DNA of 64,000 nucleotides from Candidatus Omnitrophota bacterium (GTDB lineage Bacteria; Omnitrophota; Gorgyraeia; Zapsychrales; Fredricksoniimonadaceae): NCBI GenBank assembly GCA_044225175.1, contig JBGAJA010000002.1, positions 600,991 to 664,990 of the forward strand, read 5' to 3'. Shown piece by piece: positions 59,721 to 64,000 of this stretch (position 1 is its first letter; each line of letters starts with the position of its first letter). The notes under the pieces were generated by a model. It saw only the letters and a program-made list of their open reading frames with translations, ran no database searches and was not told where the DNA came from. The position numbers and the translations under genes were made by a program.

Positions 59721-60053
59721 ATGAATATTAAATCTTTGTTTTTAGCTATGTCGGTATTGATGATTGGGTTGGTTATTTATACACAATCCCAGAGCGATCT
59801 TTTTCATTTGCCAGAGCCTGTGCTTCAAGAACCATGGTTTTGGACCACATTAGTTGATTTTTATTTTAATATCACAATCATTTCAGCCTGGGTCATTTAT
59901 AAGGAAGCCAATGCTTTAAGAAGTTTTGTTTGGATTCTTGGCTTTATCTTTCTTGGAAGTATTGCAACAGCCTTCTATGTATTCTTGCAATTTTGTCGTC
60001 TTAAAACTGGAGAAGGCTTTAAAGAAGTTTTAGTAAAGAGAGCAGGCGTATGA
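59721..60053 (+). CDS. Small three-TM membrane protein, associated with the cfa-like cluster
   Basis: 110 aa, three hydrophobic helices, Shine-Dalgarno AAGGAGAA. It is coupled to the DUF1295 gene by an ATGA overlap. Confidence 0.5.
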   Translation: MNIKSLFLAMSVLMIGLVIYTQSQSDLFHLPEPVLQEPWFWTTLVDFYFNITIISAWVIYKEANALRSFVWILGFIFLGSIATAFYVFLQFCRLKTGEGFKEVLVKRAGV

Positions 60054-60835
60054 TGTTAGATTTATTGCTGACAGCTTGGGGCTACGTAGCCTTTATGATG
60101 TTTTTGCTTTGGTTAGTTCAAGTCAAAACTCTTAATGCTTCATTTGTTGATTTAGGATGGACTATAGGCCTTGTCATTTGTGCTTGGGTCTATAACTACT
60201 ACACGGATGTCCCTAATCCCCATAAAGTTCTCATTTTGATCCTTGTCACCCTGTGGGCTGCTCGTTTGGCTAGTCATTTGATCTTGAGGTTACTAAAAGA
60301 TCCTAGTGAAGATAAGCGCTATGCCAAGATTCGCTCTGATTGGAAAACTCATCAGCATATGAAGTTTTTTTTGATGTTTCAATTTCAAGGTTTGCTGGAT
60401 GTGACTTTGTCATGGGGTTTCTTGCTCATTTGTTTAAATTCCTCGACGCACTATTCGATCCTTGAATATGTAGCCATCGCAGTTTGGTTGATTGGTTTTA
60501 TAGGTGAATCAATTTCAGACTATCAGTTAAAGACTTTTAAGTCAGATCCACAGAATCGTGGCAAAACATGTCAGGTGGGTTTATGGCATTACTCCAGACA
60601 CCCCAATTATTTCTTTGAATGGCTCATATGGGTGGCATATTTCTTGATGGCTTTAGGAGCAACATCATATGGATGGACTGCCATTATTCTTCCTATTCTT
60701 ATGTATTACTTTTTGATCTATGTCTCAGGAGTCCCTTTAGCAGAGGCGCAATCACTGAAGAATAGAGGGGAAGAATATCGTCGTTATCAAGAGACAACTA
60801 GTATGTTTATTCCATTGCCCAAGAGGAAGATATGA
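60050..60835 (+). CDS. DUF1295-family membrane protein (steroid 5-alpha-reductase / ICMT-like fold)
   Basis: YSRHPNYFFEWLIWVAYFL motif; six TM helices. Confidence 0.75.
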   Translation: MMLDLLLTAWGYVAFMMFLLWLVQVKTLNASFVDLGWTIGLVICAWVYNYYTDVPNPHKVLILILVTLWAARLASHLILRLLKDPSEDKRYAKIRSDWKTHQHMKFFLMFQFQGLLDVTLSWGFLLICLNSSTHYSILEYVAIAVWLIGFIGESISDYQLKTFKSDPQNRGKTCQVGLWHYSRHPNYFFEWLIWVAYFLMALGATSYGWTAIILPILMYYFLIYVSGVPLAEAQSLKNRGEEYRRYQETTSMFIPLPKRKI

Positions 60836-61878
60836 AATTTCTTGTACCTATGACTAAAGGATTATTAGAGCGGGGATGGATTCCTGATCCGTTCATTCGT
60901 TTTGGCATGCGTCAACTCTTGCGCCAAAAATTGATTGAGGAATGTAGAGACGCAAGATCTTGCGTCTCTACCAACGATAGAAAAATGAATCTTATTTCTG
61001 AAATGCGTTCCAGTCCTATTGCCGTTAATACAAAAGATGCCAACGAGCAACACTACGAGCTGCCAACCAAATTCTTTCAATTATGTTTAGGAGACAATCT
61101 CAAATACAGCAGCTGTTACTATAAAACAGGTGAAGAAACATTGTCCCAAGCAGAAGAGATCATGCTTGAATTGACTTGTGAACGCGCAGAGCTGCAGGAT
61201 GGGCAGCATGTCCTGGAATTAGGCTGCGGTTGGGGAAGTTTATCTCTTTTTATGGCGGCCAAATACCCTAAATCTAAGATTACAGGTGTTTCAAATTCAA
61301 AAACACAGAAAGCCTTTATTGAAGAACAGGCTAAAATTCGTGGTTTAAATAATCTGAAGATCATCACGTGTGATATGAATGATTTTACCATTATAGAATC
61401 TTTTGACCGCATCGTGAGTGTAGAAATGTTTGAGCATATGAGAAACTGGCAGATATTGCTTGCACGAATCAGTGGTTTTTTAAATCCGCAAGGTAAACTC
61501 TTTATTCATATCTTTACTCATCAGAAATACGCCTATCTTTATGACGCCAAAGATGACAGTGATTTTATTGGGCGCTATTTTTTTACAGGCGGCATTATGC
61601 CATCTCATGATTTGCTTTTGTATTTTCAAGACCATTTTAAGATTGAAGACAATTGGAAAGTTTCAGGTACGCATTATTCTCAAACATCTGAGCAATGGCT
61701 TTCGAACATGGATTCAAATAAATCACAGATCATGCCAATTCTAAAATCTGTCTATGGCAAAGAGGCTTTAAAATGGTGGCATTATTGGCGAATATTTTAT
61801 ATGGCCTGTGCCGAGCTTTGGGGGTATGACGAAGGTAATGAATGGATTGTCAGTCATTACAGGTTTTCTAAACGATAG
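60832..61878 (+). CDS. Cyclopropane-fatty-acyl-phospholipid synthase family SAM-dependent methyltransferase
   Basis: SAM motif VLELGCGWGSLSLFMAAKY, motif II IVSVEMFEHM, and the Cfa-family C-terminus. Confidence 0.85.
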   Translation: MKFLVPMTKGLLERGWIPDPFIRFGMRQLLRQKLIEECRDARSCVSTNDRKMNLISEMRSSPIAVNTKDANEQHYELPTKFFQLCLGDNLKYSSCYYKTGEETLSQAEEIMLELTCERAELQDGQHVLELGCGWGSLSLFMAAKYPKSKITGVSNSKTQKAFIEEQAKIRGLNNLKIITCDMNDFTIIESFDRIVSVEMFEHMRNWQILLARISGFLNPQGKLFIHIFTHQKYAYLYDAKDDSDFIGRYFFTGGIMPSHDLLLYFQDHFKIEDNWKVSGTHYSQTSEQWLSNMDSNKSQIMPILKSVYGKEALKWWHYWRIFYMACAELWGYDEGNEWIVSHYRFSKR

Positions 61879-61884
61879 GACTTT

Positions 61885-61957
61885 GTGTCATTGCGAGCGA
61901 AGCGAAGCAATCTTACATGAACAGATTGCTTCGTCGCTTCGCTCCTCGCAATGACAC
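61885..61957. repeat. Long imperfect palindrome (about 29 bp of stem with two 3-nt bulges and a 9-nt loop) between the cfa-like gene and the oxidase gene
   Basis: GTGTCATTGCGAGCGAAGCGAAGCAATCT-tacatgaac-AGATTGCTTCGTCGCTTCGCTCCTCGCAATGACAC. GC-rich relative to the flanks. No T-tract follows. Confidence 0.6.
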
Positions 61958-61966
61958 GCGTTTCAT

Positions 61967-63220
61967 ATGAAATCATTGGCGATTATAGGGACAGGTATTT
62001 CAGGACTAGGCGCTGCGTATTTTTTGCGCGACCGTTTTGATATTACTTTTTATGAGAAAAATGACTACGCAGGTGGTCATACCAATACCCTTGTCATTGA
62101 TGAAGAAGGTCAACCGGTTTACATCGACTCAGGGTTCATGGTCTATAACGAGCTCACCTATCCTTTGTTGACTCGTTTATTTAAAGAATTAGATATTCAA
62201 ACCAAACCCACTGACATGTCTTTTAGTTTTCAACATGTCCCGAGTTCTTTGGAATATTGTGGAACAAATTTGAGTGGTTTATTTGCTCAGCGAAAGAATA
62301 TTTTTAACCTTCGTCATATTCGTATGCTGACTGACATTAGCCGTTTTCGCAAACAAGCGGATGAAGTTTTGTCTCAGAATATATATAAAGACTATTCATT
62401 AGCCCGATATGTACGTGAAAAGAATTACAGTGAGGATTTCTTAAACAAATTTCTAATTCCAATGAGCTCTGCTGTTTGGTCAACGCCTCATGATGTGATG
62501 ATGACATTTCCTGCTTCTACCTTGGTCCAATTCTTTAAGAATCACTGCTTTCTGAATCTTGAAGGTCAACCTCAGTGGCGAACATGTGAGGGGGGAAGTC
62601 GTCAGTATCGAGATAAAATATTGAGTGTGATCAATGGTAAGATGTTGATGAATAATCCTGCTCAAAGTATAAAACGCCTTCAATTCCAGGTAGAGGTAAC
62701 TGATTCTCAGGGACAAAAGAAGCTGTATGATCGTGTTCTTTTAGCGGCACATGCCGATGAATCCTTAAGGATGTTATCTGATCCATCTTCGATCGAGAAG
62801 TCGCTCTTGTCAAAGTTTTCATATAATCACAACAATGTCATTCTTCATACAGATGAATCTGTAATGCCGCATTTGAAAAGAGTTTGGTCGTCCTGGAACT
62901 ATCGTGTTGGGTTAGATCAAAAAAGCACAACCATTTACTGGATGAATTCTCTTCAGGGGGTTTCCAAGAGGCGAAATTATTTTATATCAATCAATGATCC
63001 AGGGCTTGTAGATCCTAAGAAAATTTTGTGGGAAAAGATGTATACGCATCCAATTTATAGTGTTGCCTCTCAGGAAGCGCAAAGAAATTTGCAACAATTG
63101 AATCAAAATGGACAGATATTCTTCTCAGGGGCATATTTCCGTTATGGTTTTCATGAGGATGGATTGCTTTCGGCTTTATTGGCTGCAAGGGCAATATCAG
63201 GAGAACAGATTTGGGATTAA
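61967..63220 (+). CDS. NAD(P)/FAD-binding amine-oxidase-like oxidoreductase (cfa-cluster flavoprotein)
   Basis: LAIIGTGISGLGAAYFL...YEKNDYAGGHTNT dinucleotide-binding motif; 417 aa; conserved partner of DUF1365 and cfa. Confidence 0.8.
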   Translation: MKSLAIIGTGISGLGAAYFLRDRFDITFYEKNDYAGGHTNTLVIDEEGQPVYIDSGFMVYNELTYPLLTRLFKELDIQTKPTDMSFSFQHVPSSLEYCGTNLSGLFAQRKNIFNLRHIRMLTDISRFRKQADEVLSQNIYKDYSLARYVREKNYSEDFLNKFLIPMSSAVWSTPHDVMMTFPASTLVQFFKNHCFLNLEGQPQWRTCEGGSRQYRDKILSVINGKMLMNNPAQSIKRLQFQVEVTDSQGQKKLYDRVLLAAHADESLRMLSDPSSIEKSLLSKFSYNHNNVILHTDESVMPHLKRVWSSWNYRVGLDQKSTTIYWMNSLQGVSKRRNYFISINDPGLVDPKKILWEKMYTHPIYSVASQEAQRNLQQLNQNGQIFFSGAYFRYGFHEDGLLSALLAARAISGEQIWD

Positions 63221-63996
63221 ATTCTTGTCTTTATGACGTCAATATTTGGCATAGTCGTCAAAGTCCAAAGAAATATGCCTTTGAGCATAAAGTTTTTATG
63301 TTTTATTTGGATTTAGATGAACTGCCTTTACTTTCCAAGACAAGTTGGATGGTTGGAATTAATAAGCCAACTATTTATTCTTTCCAAGAAAATGATCACA
63401 TTTTGTCTTTAGGTAAAACAGCAAAGGAGAGCGCTCTTTCCTATGTTCGCCAAAAGGGGATGACTCAAGAGGTTGCAAATGTCAAACTTCTGACAAATTT
63501 AAGAACGTTTGGATACATTTTCAATCCTGTGTCTTTCTATTTCTTTTTTGATCGCAATAATCAGCCTTTGTGTGTTGTTCCTCAAATTGGAAATACATTT
63601 GGAGAATTGAAATATTTCTTTTTGGGGAAAGATAAGATTAATGAAAGCGAGTTTCAAGATGAGCAGACTAAGTTTTATTACATTTCGCCATTTACGGATT
63701 TGGATAATCTGATGGAATTCAAAATTCAAGTTCCAGACGAGAGGATGAATATTGTGATTGATGTGGCAAAGAATGGAAGCAAGTTCTTTTACTCTTCTAT
63801 GAAGGGAACAAGACAAGAATTAACAACGAAGAATTTGGTTTTAGCGACTCTTAAATATCCCTTTGTAACGGTAAAGGTTATTTTTTATATTCACTGGCAT
63901 GCAATGATTTTACATTTTGTTAAGAAAATTCCTCATCATCCAAAGGAAGAAAACCCACACTTACAAAAGGAGGTCTGGCGTGAGTGGAAAGTCTGA
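63211..63996 (+). CDS. DUF1365-family protein
   Basis: LNSCLYDVNIWHSRQSPKKYAFEHKVFMFYLDLDEL matches the DUF1365 N-terminal pattern. It overlaps the oxidase stop. Confidence 0.75.
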   Translation: MGLNSCLYDVNIWHSRQSPKKYAFEHKVFMFYLDLDELPLLSKTSWMVGINKPTIYSFQENDHILSLGKTAKESALSYVRQKGMTQEVANVKLLTNLRTFGYIFNPVSFYFFFDRNNQPLCVVPQIGNTFGELKYFFLGKDKINESEFQDEQTKFYYISPFTDLDNLMEFKIQVPDERMNIVIDVAKNGSKFFYSSMKGTRQELTTKNLVLATLKYPFVTVKVIFYIHWHAMILHFVKKIPHHPKEENPHLQKEVWREWKV

Positions 63997-64000
63997 TACT

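Overview
This is an AT-rich bacterial chromosomal window, densely coding, with no mobile elements or CRISPR arrays.

The 5' third (2 to 6.8 kb) is housekeeping:
- a 5'-truncated smc
- a cvpA-like gene, dnaG and rpoD with a clean terminator

The centre (7 to 37.6 kb) is the notable part. A complete type II secretion / type IV filament locus sits on the minus strand, in the order gspE-F-G-H-I-J-K-L-M-C-D; GspL is the fused actin-like PilM/PilN type. The locus is bracketed by two paralogous giant secreted proteins of 1250 and 2725 aa. They share a roughly 330-aa N-terminal module and a roughly 70-aa C-terminal module but have unrelated cores. Directly divergent from gspE is a 1616-aa secreted protein with Ig, PKD and InlB B-repeat domains. 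The divergent promoter region between them carries an unusual cluster of G-tracts and C-tracts. Downstream are a 508-aa secreted protein, an RHH antitoxin, a RelE/ParE toxin and a type I dehydroquinase (aroD); the last three are chained by two successive TAATG stop/start overlaps.

The 3' third (37.7 to 64 kb) holds:
- two tRNAs, CAT (Ile2-like) and Val-CAC
- a COG1579 zinc-ribbon protein and rnhA
- RNase P RNA (rnpB) overlapping the rnhA 3' end
- yebC-ruvC-ruvA-scpB
- an aromatic amino-acid cluster (pheA, cspA, hisC-type aminotransferase, DAHP synthase with a regulatory N-domain, tyrA)
- cmk, lepA, lepB, pgsA and plsY
- a convergent processive GT2 synthase (QxxRW motif) with a PEGA-domain protein
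- a MarR-TolC-HlyD-ABC efflux locus
- a conserved lipid-modification cluster (CHI-like, DUF1295, cfa-like methyltransferase, amine-oxidase-like flavoprotein, DUF1365), interrupted by a long imperfect palindrome

All calls are by eye from the sequence and the ORF track. No database search was run.
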